This document shows, piece by piece, positions 9,301 to 16,485 of a stretch of 24,000 nt of DNA. Origin of the DNA: Spirochaetia bacterium (GTDB lineage: Bacteria; Spirochaetota; Spirochaetia; CADAEX01); the NCBI GenBank assembly GCA_963662265.2, contig CAXXHA010000036.1:14247-38246 (forward strand). The letters run 5' to 3'. The notes beneath the pieces were generated by a model. That model was not told the origin of the DNA. It worked only from the letters and a program-made list of their open reading frames with translations, and made no database searches. Positions within the stretch are counted from its first letter, which is position 1. Every line of letters begins with the position of its first letter. A program made the position numbers and the translations under genes.

Positions 9301-9820
9301 GCTTCTTTCCTATGCTCTCTATCCGAATGTGTATCTTGATTATGATAAACACAGGACACAGTATTCAGATACTTCTGTTATTCCTACACCTACATACTTT
9401 TACGGTCTTGAACCGGGAGATGAGGTTTCTGTTGATATAGATACCGGAAAGACTCTTATTATCAAGCTTGTTGCTGTGGGAAGTGTTCACCATGACGGAA
9501 CACGGCATCTCTACTTCGAACTCAATGGTCTTTCAAGGCAGGTTACTGTAAGGGACAATACTGTTGAAGGTGATTTTGCAGTAAGGGAAAAAGCTGACAA
9601 GTTTAACAAACACCATGTAGGGGCACCAATGCCGGGCAAGGTATTTAAAGTGCTTGTCAAACCGGGCGATGATGTTGATTCAGGCGATGTGCTTGTTGTA
9701 ACAGAAGCAATGAAGATGGAAACAAATATCAAGGCTTCGATTGCCGGAAAGGTTAAGGAAGTTCTGTTTGATATTGGAGACCAGGTGGAAAAAGATGACC
9801 TCCTTTTGGAGCTTGAATAG
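6374..9820 (+). CDS. pyc: Pyruvate carboxylase, single-chain form (BC-CT-BCCP)
   Basis: 1148 aa. The N-terminal biotin carboxylase ATP-grasp domain carries AAGGGGRGMRV and EMNPRLQVEHTVTE. The carboxyltransferase domain carries DTTMRDAHQSLLATR. The C-terminal biotinyl domain carries the EAMKME biotinylation motif. A GCAGGAGA RBS lies upstream of ATG 6374. Confidence 0.97.
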   Translation: MAIRKINKIMSANRGEIAIRTFRACMELGIKTVAIYSKEDRLSLYRTKADEAYRVGKGKSPIDAYLGIDEIIDLAKRKGVDAIHPGYGFLSENPEFSEKCEKEGIIFIGPTAVQQRTLGDKVSARAAAIAAGVPVVPGTDDPVKSEEEAFKFAKEAGYPIIIKAAAGGGGRGMRVANNHKELVEGLHSAASEAKAAFGDDTVFLEKYLKNPKHIEIQIIGDTHGNIVHFFERDCSIQRRHQKVVEFAPSLAISDELRQELCDNAIKIAKQVNYRNAGTVEFLVDQNGGYYFIEMNPRLQVEHTVTELITGRDLVQTQIRVAEGYKLSDPEINIPDQKSIKKSGYAIQCRITTEDPQNNFAPDFGTLKAYRSPAGFGVRLDAGNAFTGARITSSYDSLLVKLSGWGLSFEHAAMVMKRSLVEFRIRGVKTNIPFLQNVVSHPVFLAGQCDTSFIGDNPELMEFRENKDRATKILDYIGDRVINGTEGIEKPRGSLIFPEADVPEIRLSAERKEGTRDIFKKLGPEKFSDWILDQKKLLVTDTTMRDAHQSLLATRIRTYDILQIAEATSHLASDMFSFEMWGGATFDVSMRFLKECPWQRLHKLRENIPNVLFQMLLRASNAVGYTNYPDNVVQEFVREAADSGIDLFRIFDSLNWTKGMAVAMDAVRSNGKLCEASICYTGDITDPKRDKYPLEYYVNLGRELENMGANILAIKDMAGLLKPFAATKLIRALKDEVGIPVHLHTHDTSSNGGATLLRAAEAGVDIVDASLSSISGLTAQPNLNALNAALEGTDRDPHLDSVGIQKLANYWETVRSYYKPFETDLKSGTAEVYYHEIPGGQYSNYKPRVAGVGLLDKWEECKKMYHDVNEAFGDIIKVTPSSKIVADLAIFLVQNEVAIEDLIEKAPDLAFPQSVVDFFKGMIGQPYLGFPAELQKAILKGEEAITCRPGELLEPFDFEKERKDLEEKLGHEVDDKELLSYALYPNVYLDYDKHRTQYSDTSVIPTPTYFYGLEPGDEVSVDIDTGKTLIIKLVAVGSVHHDGTRHLYFELNGLSRQVTVRDNTVEGDFAVREKADKFNKHHVGAPMPGKVFKVLVKPGDDVDSGDVLVVTEAMKMETNIKASIAGKVKEVLFDIGDQVEKDDLLLELE

Positions 9821-9847
9821 GCTTTTCTGAATATTTTCAATTTTGCT

Positions 9848-9894
9848 GGCAGAACAGACAGTGTGGGGATAATGTCTGTTCTGCCTCTTTTTTT
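9848..9894 (+). terminator. Rho-independent terminator of pyc
   Basis: Perfect 12-bp stem GGCAGAACAGAC (9848-9859) / GTCTGTTCTGCC (9874-9885) with a 14-nt loop, followed by TC and then T7 (9888-9894). It lies 28 nt after the pyc stop. The minus-strand side has no U-tract, so it is essentially unidirectional. Confidence 0.85.
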
Positions 9895-9962
9895 ATCAAG
9901 GCGTATTCGCAGAAAATCAGCCAGCCTTGCTTTGAGTCTTAGCTGTATCAGATGCTTAATAT

Positions 9963-12680
9963 TCAGACTCTTGCTTCCAGGGTATTTTCAATTTTTTCGA
10001 GCAGAATTTCGGCATCTTTATACCTGTAGTTTTTTATCATCCTGAACAGGGTTAGTGTATTTTTCCTGGTAGAGTCAGGAAGAATAAAATTCTCGATTTC
10101 TTCCATAATTTCCATACAGCATTTTGGATTATGTTTTTTCACCTTCTGTTTCAGCAGCTCCAGCTGTTTTATCAGCTCTTCAGTTCTTATCTCTGATTTT
10201 CCGTTCTGTTCTTTTTTATTCTGTCCATTCAATATTTCAAAACCTGCTGAAATTGAGTGTATGAGACTCCTGAGTTCTTTGTTGAAATCAATAAACAGCT
10301 GACATTCGGTTTCAGATCCTTTTACCTTTAACTCGCTGTTAAGGAGTTCCGCTTTTTTCATCAGTTCGCAGGCTCCGAGATTTCCTGATGCTCCTTTAAT
10401 TGTGTGAACTGTTCTTGTAACTGCATCCCAGTCATTCCGGATCATTAAATCTGTAATATCATCATCTGCTGTTTTGAAATCTTCATAAAATTTGAGAACA
10501 AGATTTTTAAACAGCTTTTTATTGTTTCCTACCCGTTTCAATCCCTCTTCACAGCTGATTCCGTCTATTTCCGGAATATCACATTCAAACAAACTTTCAT
10601 CTTTAGTATTTGCATTTGTTTCTCTTTCGGCAGGAGCAATCCATTTTACAAGTACGTTCCACAGCTCTCCCGGGTTAAAAGGTTTTGTGACATAGTCATT
10701 CATCCCAATATCAAGGACTTTTTCCTTTACTCCTACCATGGCATCAGCTGTCATAGCTATAATCGGAATATCCTGAAACCGGCTGTCTTTTCTTATCTCT
10801 TTAGTGGCACAGTACCCATCCATTTCAGGCATCTGAAGATCCATCAATACACAGTCATGACTGGTGGATATTTTTGACAGTGCGTCAATCCCGTTCTTTG
10901 CTATATCAACAAAAAACCCTTCATGTTCAAGAAATTCACCTGCAACCTGCTGATTTATTTCATTATCCTCAACAAGAAGTATTTTTGCCCCGATTATCCT
11001 GTTGAAATCTTCCGGTTTTTCTTCGGCATTCTTTCTGATCTTCCCGGCTTTCTGTTGTGACAGTTTTCCGAATACAGATATTATTGTATCCAGCAGCATG
11101 GAAGGATTGACCGGTTTTATAAGGAAGCCGTCCAGGTTATCCCTGTCTGCTTGGCTGATAATATCTTCTCTTCCAATGCTTGTTATCATTATGATTTTAG
11201 GCTGATGTATATTTTCAAGCTTTCTGATTTTTCTAATCAATTCAAAACCATCCATTTCCGGCATCTTGTAGTCAATAAGAGCAAGGTCGTAATTTTTATC
11301 TCCCGAAGCCTGGTTCTGGATAAAATTACGTAAAGCAAGATTTCCATCAGGAAGCGCGGTTGCATCAAAGTTGAAATCATTTAAATAGGAGAGCAGGACT
11401 TCCCTTGCTGTTTCATTATCATCAACAACCATGACTTTTAATCCTGTTAATTCTTCTGCCGCTGTTTTTTTCTTTTCCTCATTCCCTTTCTCCAGTTCAG
11501 CTGTAAAGTAAAAACAGCTTCCTCTGCCGAACCTGCTTTCAACACCTATTTCACCGCCCATTAATTCAGACAGTTTTTTACTGATTGCGAGTCCGAGACC
11601 TGTTCCTCCGTATTTACGTGTTGTAGATGTATCAGCCTGGGAAAATGATTTGAACAGCTTCGCCTTCTGATCATCTGTTAGACCAATGCCTGTATCGGAA
11701 ACTTCAAATCTGATAATGACAGAATTGTCTTTTATTTCCTGGAGACTGACAGTGACGACTATTTCCCCTTCAGAGGTGAATTTAATTGCATTATTTGTCA
11801 GGTTCAGAAGTATCTGCCCGAGCCGGAGTGGGTCGCCTACCAGGTTGTTCGGAATATTGAGGTCCTGGCTGAAAATCAGTTCAAGCTCCTTGTTATTGAC
11901 TTTCTCTCCGATAATGCTTGCCAGGTTATCAAGCACTTCATTAAGCAGGAATCCTGTTTTTTCGATATCCATTTTGCCAGCTTCAATTTTTGAGAAATCA
12001 AGTATATCGTTGATAATTCCGAGCAGGTTGTTGGATGACCGGCTGATTTTATACACATAGTCCTGCTGTCTTTCTGTTAAATCTGTTTTGGTAAGCAGGT
12101 TGCTGAGTCCTATTATTGCATTCATCGGGGTTCTTATTTCATGGCTCATATTTGCCAGAAAGTCGCCTTTTGCTTTTGTTGCTGATTCAGCCTCCTGTTT
12201 TGCCGCAGTAAGCTCATCCATCATTGTCTGAAGTTCAGTGTTTTTCATTTTAATATTATGAAAAAGCGATTCTCTGGTAGGCTGAATAATAAGTTCCCTG
12301 CACTGCTGAAACAAATCTTCTGATAATGTGTTTTTATCCAGTGGTATTTTCAGAAAAACACTTATTGAATCTTTTCTGTTGTCTGATTTATTTATTATGC
12401 AGTTATTAAAAAAGCTTTTCAGTTCAGTTTCTGAAATATCGGAATTGAATGGTGTAATATCAAGTATGAGTTTTTCAGGTTTTTCATTGTTGACACTTAT
12501 AACCAGTTCTGAACATATGATGTTGTTTCCATCCAGGCATACCAGCTCAGAGAGTATTGTTGCGTTTCGGGTTGATTTAATTTCAGAAAAACCCAGAAGC
12601 AGAGATAATTGAAATATCTTTTTCCTGAACATTATCAGGTTAAGATATGTTTCTTCAGTTATTGCCCCTAAATTTATCAT
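9963..12680 (-). CDS. Soluble hybrid sensor histidine kinase (N-terminal unknown domain, then HisKA-HATPase-REC-REC-Hpt)
   Basis: 905 aa with no hydrophobic TM segment. H-box [18 protein letters not shown]; N/G boxes [25 protein letters not shown]. Two receivers: VMVVDDNE...[11 protein letters not shown]...IKPV and [11 protein letters not shown]...[11 protein letters not shown]...TKPF. Hpt motif [12 protein letters not shown]. The ATG overlaps the upstream rsbX-like stop (ATGA, 12680-12677). Confidence 0.9.
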   Translation of the reverse strand: MINLGAITEETYLNLIMFRKKIFQLSLLLGFSEIKSTRNATILSELVCLDGNNIICSELVISVNNEKPEKLILDITPFNSDISETELKSFFNNCIINKSDNRKDSISVFLKIPLDKNTLSEDLFQQCRELIIQPTRESLFHNIKMKNTELQTMMDELTAAKQEAESATKAKGDFLANMSHEIRTPMNAIIGLSNLLTKTDLTERQQDYVYKISRSSNNLLGIINDILDFSKIEAGKMDIEKTGFLLNEVLDNLASIIGEKVNNKELELIFSQDLNIPNNLVGDPLRLGQILLNLTNNAIKFTSEGEIVVTVSLQEIKDNSVIIRFEVSDTGIGLTDDQKAKLFKSFSQADTSTTRKYGGTGLGLAISKKLSELMGGEIGVESRFGRGSCFYFTAELEKGNEEKKKTAAEELTGLKVMVVDDNETAREVLLSYLNDFNFDATALPDGNLALRNFIQNQASGDKNYDLALIDYKMPEMDGFELIRKIRKLENIHQPKIIMITSIGREDIISQADRDNLDGFLIKPVNPSMLLDTIISVFGKLSQQKAGKIRKNAEEKPEDFNRIIGAKILLVEDNEINQQVAGEFLEHEGFFVDIAKNGIDALSKISTSHDCVLMDLQMPEMDGYCATKEIRKDSRFQDIPIIAMTADAMVGVKEKVLDIGMNDYVTKPFNPGELWNVLVKWIAPAERETNANTKDESLFECDIPEIDGISCEEGLKRVGNNKKLFKNLVLKFYEDFKTADDDITDLMIRNDWDAVTRTVHTIKGASGNLGACELMKKAELLNSELKVKGSETECQLFIDFNKELRSLIHSISAGFEILNGQNKKEQNGKSEIRTEELIKQLELLKQKVKKHNPKCCMEIMEEIENFILPDSTRKNTLTLFRMIKNYRYKDAEILLEKIENTLEARV

Positions 12681-13261
12681 TTTACGTTCCTTATAATTAT
12701 ACAGGAAGCATCATCATTTTTACGGAAATTCTTGAACAGCTTTCCTGCAATATCTTCTGATGAGCCTGAAAGCAATCCGGGGAAGTTATCAAGCGGAAGA
12801 TTATCCTTTATACCGTCAGAGCAGAGGATAAGGATATCACCTCTTAAAAGCCTGTCATTTATCATACACGGGTTCGGCATGGAATAACCCAGTACCCCGT
12901 TCCTGGAGATTAAGGATCTCTTTTCAATTCCGTAAATTACCGCGCTTATATTGCCTATTCCGGAAAAAAGAATAGAGTTGTCTTCAGAGCTGATGCAGCA
13001 GGCAGCAGCTACGGCGCCCCTTGTCCCTTTTAGAAATTCATCAAGCCTTGTAATTATTTTTACAGGATCCGGCTCCAGTTTATCCTGCAAAAATATTTCT
13101 ATTTCCTCGGCAAGACCGGCTGCTTCATCCCCATGTCCGAGAACATCAATCAGGACAGCATAGAGATAATCCTCTTTTTCCTGAATTATGGCAGTATCTC
13201 CGCACCCTTTTTCACCGTAAATCGCATCTTTATATATTTTAATATCAAGCAGATTTTCCAC
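12677..13261 (-). CDS. rsbX: RsbX-like PP2C/SpoIIE-family serine phosphatase
   Basis: 194 aa, close to the size of B. subtilis RsbX (199 aa). PP2C-type acidic motifs are present: [26 protein letters not shown] and DDASCIII. The start is GTG (13261-13259) and directly abuts the upstream TAG. GGAG lies 8 nt upstream. Confidence 0.8.
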   Translation of the reverse strand: MENLLDIKIYKDAIYGEKGCGDTAIIQEKEDYLYAVLIDVLGHGDEAAGLAEEIEIFLQDKLEPDPVKIITRLDEFLKGTRGAVAAACCISSEDNSILFSGIGNISAVIYGIEKRSLISRNGVLGYSMPNPCMINDRLLRGDILILCSDGIKDNLPLDNFPGLLSGSSEDIAGKLFKNFRKNDDASCIIIRNVK

Positions 13262-13687
13262 CTATATTCTCCATTTTGTCACTGTAATCCTGGTTCCCCG
13301 GCCTGTCCCTGATTCTATTTCCAGGGAATCCATTATTTCCTTAACACTGGAAAGTCCGAGTCCAAGGCTGTCCCCTGTTGAATATTCCGGAGCAACAGCT
13401 GCACTGATATCATCAATACCGGGCCCGTCGTCCTGTACAACGATCAGTATGCCGGTTCTTCTGCCGTCTGTTATCTTATGGTAAAATACATGTCCTGAGT
13501 CTGCATAGCGGACAATATTTGTAGTCAGTTCAGATACAGCTGTTGCTATAAGTGACTGCTCGTTTCTGTCGAAATTAAGTTTTTCACAGAATTCCCTTGT
13601 CATTATTACTGAATAGGCAATATCTGCAGAATGCTCAATTTTGATGCTTAACTGTGATTCACTTTTTTTATATTTCAATTCACACAT
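13262..13687 (-). CDS. rsbT: RsbT-like serine kinase (GHKL/HATPase_c, anti-sigma-kinase type)
   Basis: Collinear by eye with B. subtilis RsbT. N-box AVSELTTNIVRYA, G1 box QDDGPGI, G2 box GLGLGLSSV, C-terminal end TVTKWRI. I place the start at ATG 13687 (141 aa), which overlaps the rsbS-like stop as ATGTGTGA. The track's 164-aa version begins at a TTG inside the upstream gene. Confidence 0.85.
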   Translation of the reverse strand: MCELKYKKSESQLSIKIEHSADIAYSVIMTREFCEKLNFDRNEQSLIATAVSELTTNIVRYADSGHVFYHKITDGRRTGILIVVQDDGPGIDDISAAVAPEYSTGDSLGLGLSSVKEIMDSLEIESGTGRGTRITVTKWRI

Positions 13688-14078
13688 CTGTATATTCCAA
13701 TCCGATTTTTTCCTGGTCAGGGGAGGTGTTTTCCAGCATTTTGATCCCCTCTTCAAGGTCTGATGCTATATTGAGAGAATCAAAATCAACGCTGAGATCA
13801 ACAAGTGTGGATGCAACTCCCGGCTTGAAACCGGTGAAAACAGTCTGTCCTCCCATCAGGCAGATCATTTTCCCTGTCTGGACAAGGGCTGTAAATGTTT
13901 TTCTGTCCATGACATTTATAGCAGAAACATCAACTAGGACTTTTTTCACTGAATGTCTGTTTATTCTTCCAAGTATGTTTTTCTGAAACAGGAGAAGTGT
14001 ATCCAGACTGAAATCTTCCGGAAGCGGAATTATGAGGCAGTCACTTATAATATGGGCATTTAAACTGTTTTCTGCCAT
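13680..14078 (-). CDS. rsbS: RsbS-like single STAS-domain protein (stressosome scaffold)
   Basis: 132 aa. It aligns without gaps by eye to B. subtilis RsbS over residues 14-65 (C14, F31-Q32, I39, D50 and D58 are shared). It also carries the conserved TGFKPGVASTLVDLS segment (B. subtilis TGIQPAVAVTLIELG). It sits between the RsbR-like and RsbT-like genes. Confidence 0.85.
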   Translation of the reverse strand: MAENSLNAHIISDCLIIPLPEDFSLDTLLLFQKNILGRINRHSVKKVLVDVSAINVMDRKTFTALVQTGKMICLMGGQTVFTGFKPGVASTLVDLSVDFDSLNIASDLEEGIKMLENTSPDQEKIGLEYTDV

Positions 14079-14079
14079 T

Positions 14080-14880
14080 TTAAATGCTCTTTTTATTATC
14101 GCTTACTTCAAGGTCGAGTATGCTGAAGGCGCCTCCCAGCGCTTCCTGTAAATTTGAATGAGTCAGAATTGTCCCAAGTTCTACACCAAGGGTGACAAGA
14201 GTCTGTGCAACAGATGGCGATATGCCGGAAATGATGCATTTGCACCCCATAAGGCGGGTTGCTTTTGCAATTTTTATAAGATGGTTTGCTACAGCTGTAT
14301 CAACAGTAGCAACCCCCTGAATATCCAGGATAATTATCTTGGAGGAAGTTTCTTTTAATTTGTTCAGCATAGTATCCATCATCTGCTGGGCCCTGTATGA
14401 ATCCACAACACCTACTATAGGCAGAACGAGGATCCTGTCCCACAGCTGAATAACCGGTGTTGATATTTCGAGAATTGTTCTGCTCTGCTCTTTGAGTTTT
14501 TCCTCTTTTTTTACAACTTCCGAGATATCAATTATATATTCGAGGCCTCCGATTATTTCACCGTCTTTATTCCGAAGGACATCAGCCGTATACTCGATAG
14601 GTACAGGTTTATTGTCAAGGTAAACAATGTTTCTCACAGTTGCAACAGATTCACCATTCATGACATGTTTCATCCTGCAGTTGCCGTTTTTACAGTGATC
14701 CGAATCAAACAGGGTGAAGCAGAAATTTGAATCAATATCCTCCCATTTTGAATTTGTCATTTCCAGACCAGCCTTGTTCATGAATATGATTTTAAAATCT
14801 TTATCAATTGCCATTACAGGAGTGGGGAGCTGGTTGAGGATATCTTCACTGAATGAATTGTTTTTTTCACTTTTATTCAT
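14080..14880 (-). CDS. rsbR: RsbR-like stressosome sensor: N-terminal PAS domain plus C-terminal STAS domain
   Basis: 266 aa. PAS-like N-terminus: LPTPVMAIDKDFKIIFMNKAG...GEIIGGLEYIIDISE. RsbR-type linker and STAS: ISTPVIQLWDRILVLPIVGVVDSYRAQ, VATVDTAVANH and ISPSVAQTLVTLG. The last two conserve the equivalents of B. subtilis RsbRA T171 and T205 (T195 and T227 here). Confidence 0.85.
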   Translation of the reverse strand: MNKSEKNNSFSEDILNQLPTPVMAIDKDFKIIFMNKAGLEMTNSKWEDIDSNFCFTLFDSDHCKNGNCRMKHVMNGESVATVRNIVYLDNKPVPIEYTADVLRNKDGEIIGGLEYIIDISEVVKKEEKLKEQSRTILEISTPVIQLWDRILVLPIVGVVDSYRAQQMMDTMLNKLKETSSKIIILDIQGVATVDTAVANHLIKIAKATRLMGCKCIISGISPSVAQTLVTLGVELGTILTHSNLQEALGGAFSILDLEVSDNKKSI

Positions 14881-14916
14881 ATGGAATTCCGCCTTTTTTA
14901 AAATATTTACTAATTA

Positions 14917-14946
14917 ATTATAGTAAAATAAAATTCAATTCTCCAA
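14917..14946 (-). promoter_or_regulatory. Candidate sigma70-type promoter of the rsbRSTX-kinase operon
   Basis: On the minus strand: TTGGAG (14946-14941), an 18-nt spacer, then a consensus TATAAT (14922-14917). This is about 37 nt upstream of the rsbR-like ATG and leaves room for the GGCGGA RBS. It overlaps the inverted repeat TTACTA-N8-TAGTAA (14907-14926). Resemblance only, in AT-rich DNA. Confidence 0.35.
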
Positions 14947-15314
14947 TTATTCATTAAAAAAACAGGAAATATTATTATTAAAAAAACGGAATAGATAAAA
15001 AATATGTTAATACGCAGACAGGCTGAATCTGTTTCAATAGTTAATGCCGGTTTTAATTAAAAAAAGTAAAATGACATTGTAATCAGCTTTCCAATAAATT
15101 ATATTATTATAATGAATAAAATTATATTTTAAACTAAGGAAGTATTATTCAGAAATAGTGATAATAAAAAGTTGTATAAGAAATTGTTTTTATTTCTAAT
15201 TTATAGCGTAAAGAACCCCTCATCAAATGATTCCTCCATGCAGAATTGCCAGAAGAAATAAATAATCAATTCCTCTGATAATACAAAACAGTTATTTAAT
15301 GAAGGAATTCCGTT

Positions 15315-16424
15315 ATGAAAAATATTTTAAGCAGATCAACACTGCTGCTGGTTGATGATACTCCTCACAATATTGATTTCCTTATCAATACAATTGGAAA
15401 TACTTACAATCTTATAATTGCCACTAATGGTGAAGATGCTCTTGCAGCTGCTGATGAGTCAGTTCCCGATCTTATTCTGCTTGATATTCTGATGCCGGGA
15501 ATGGACGGGTTTGAGGTTTGTACCAGGCTGAAACAGAATAAAAAGACCTGTGAAATACCGGTGATTTTTTTATCTGCGGTTACTGAAGTAGACCAGAAAA
15601 CAAGGGGATTTTCGCTTGGTGCTGCTGATTACATAACAAAGCCTTTTAATGTGCAGGAAGTTTCAGCACGTGTTGAAACTCACCTGGCTGCAAAATTTGC
15701 AAGGGACTGCCTGATGAATCAGAATAATATACTGGAAAATATAGTAAGGGAAAGAACCAGTGAGATCATGGCTACACAGGATATAACAATAAGAATGGCT
15801 GCATCCCTTGCAGAAACCAGGGATAATGATACAGGGAATCATATTATAAGAACACAGATGTATGTGAAGAAACTCGCGGAAAAACTTTCGATGGAGAGTA
15901 AATACCGCAGTCAGCTGGATGATAAAACTATCGATTTGCTTGTTAAATCATCCCCTCTCCATGATATCGGCAAGATTGGTGTAACAGACAGGGTTCTTCT
16001 TAAACCGGGCAGGCTTGATGATAATGAATTTACAGAGATGAAAATGCATACTGTATTTGGCTATAATGCCCTGCTTAAAGCGGAAAAGGAGATGAAGAGT
16101 GATTCTTTTTTGACAATATCAAGAGAAATTGCATATACACATCATGAAAAATGGAATGGAACAGGTTACCCGCAGGGGTTGAAAGGGGAAGATATTCCTC
16201 TTTCAGGAAGAATCATGGCTGTTGCTGATGTTTATGATGCGCTTGTTACAAGAAGAATATATAAGCCTCCTGTAAGCCATGATGAGGCTGTTTCAATCAT
16301 GTGCGAGGGGAGGGGAACTCATTTTGATCCGGTTCTCACTGATTGTTTCCTGCAGATCAACGGGGAATTCAGAACGATAGCTGTAGCTCTTTCTGAAGCG
16401 GATGATATAAAAAATGACTTGTAA
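15315..16424 (+). CDS. Response regulator with an HD-GYP domain (RpfG-type c-di-GMP phosphodiesterase), paralog 1
   Basis: 369 aa. REC: LLLVDDTPHNID, LILLDILMPGMDG, ITKPF. HD-GYP: PLHDIGKIGV, HHEKWNGTGYPQGL, MAVADVYDALVTRRIYK. Confidence 0.92.
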   Translation: MKNILSRSTLLLVDDTPHNIDFLINTIGNTYNLIIATNGEDALAAADESVPDLILLDILMPGMDGFEVCTRLKQNKKTCEIPVIFLSAVTEVDQKTRGFSLGAADYITKPFNVQEVSARVETHLAAKFARDCLMNQNNILENIVRERTSEIMATQDITIRMAASLAETRDNDTGNHIIRTQMYVKKLAEKLSMESKYRSQLDDKTIDLLVKSSPLHDIGKIGVTDRVLLKPGRLDDNEFTEMKMHTVFGYNALLKAEKEMKSDSFLTISREIAYTHHEKWNGTGYPQGLKGEDIPLSGRIMAVADVYDALVTRRIYKPPVSHDEAVSIMCEGRGTHFDPVLTDCFLQINGEFRTIAVALSEADDIKNDL

Positions 16425-16485
16425 ACAGTAATAAATAATAATTTACGGGTGAAAATAATAAGTAGCCTTATCAGGGGAGAAAATT

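Noticed and set aside
9848-9894. Bidirectional use of the pyc terminator for the convergent kinase operon
   Set aside because: On the minus strand the hairpin is followed by AGCAAAATTG, which is not a U-tract. The minus-strand operon therefore has no clear intrinsic terminator in the 9821-9962 gap.
9863-10045. 60-aa plus-strand ORF after pyc
   Set aside because: It starts inside the pyc terminator hairpin and runs antisense into the 3' end of the hybrid kinase gene. It is Leu/Ser/Arg-rich and looks like an artefact.
11686-12060. 124-aa plus-strand ORF, together with the other 60-120-aa ORFs antisense to the kinases, pyc, ABC-F and rsb genes
   Set aside because: All lie inside, and antisense to, long motif-supported genes. 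They have Ser/Leu/Ile-rich shadow composition and no independent evidence.
16180-16215. Asn in place of Asp in the HD-GYP signature of paralog 1 (HHEKWNGTGYP versus HHEKWDGSGYP), considered as a sign of inactivation
   Set aside because: From what I recall of HD-GYP structures, the metal ligands are the HD dyad, the HHE histidines and the later ADVYD Asp. All of these are intact here. This substitution alone therefore does not support calling the domain degenerate.
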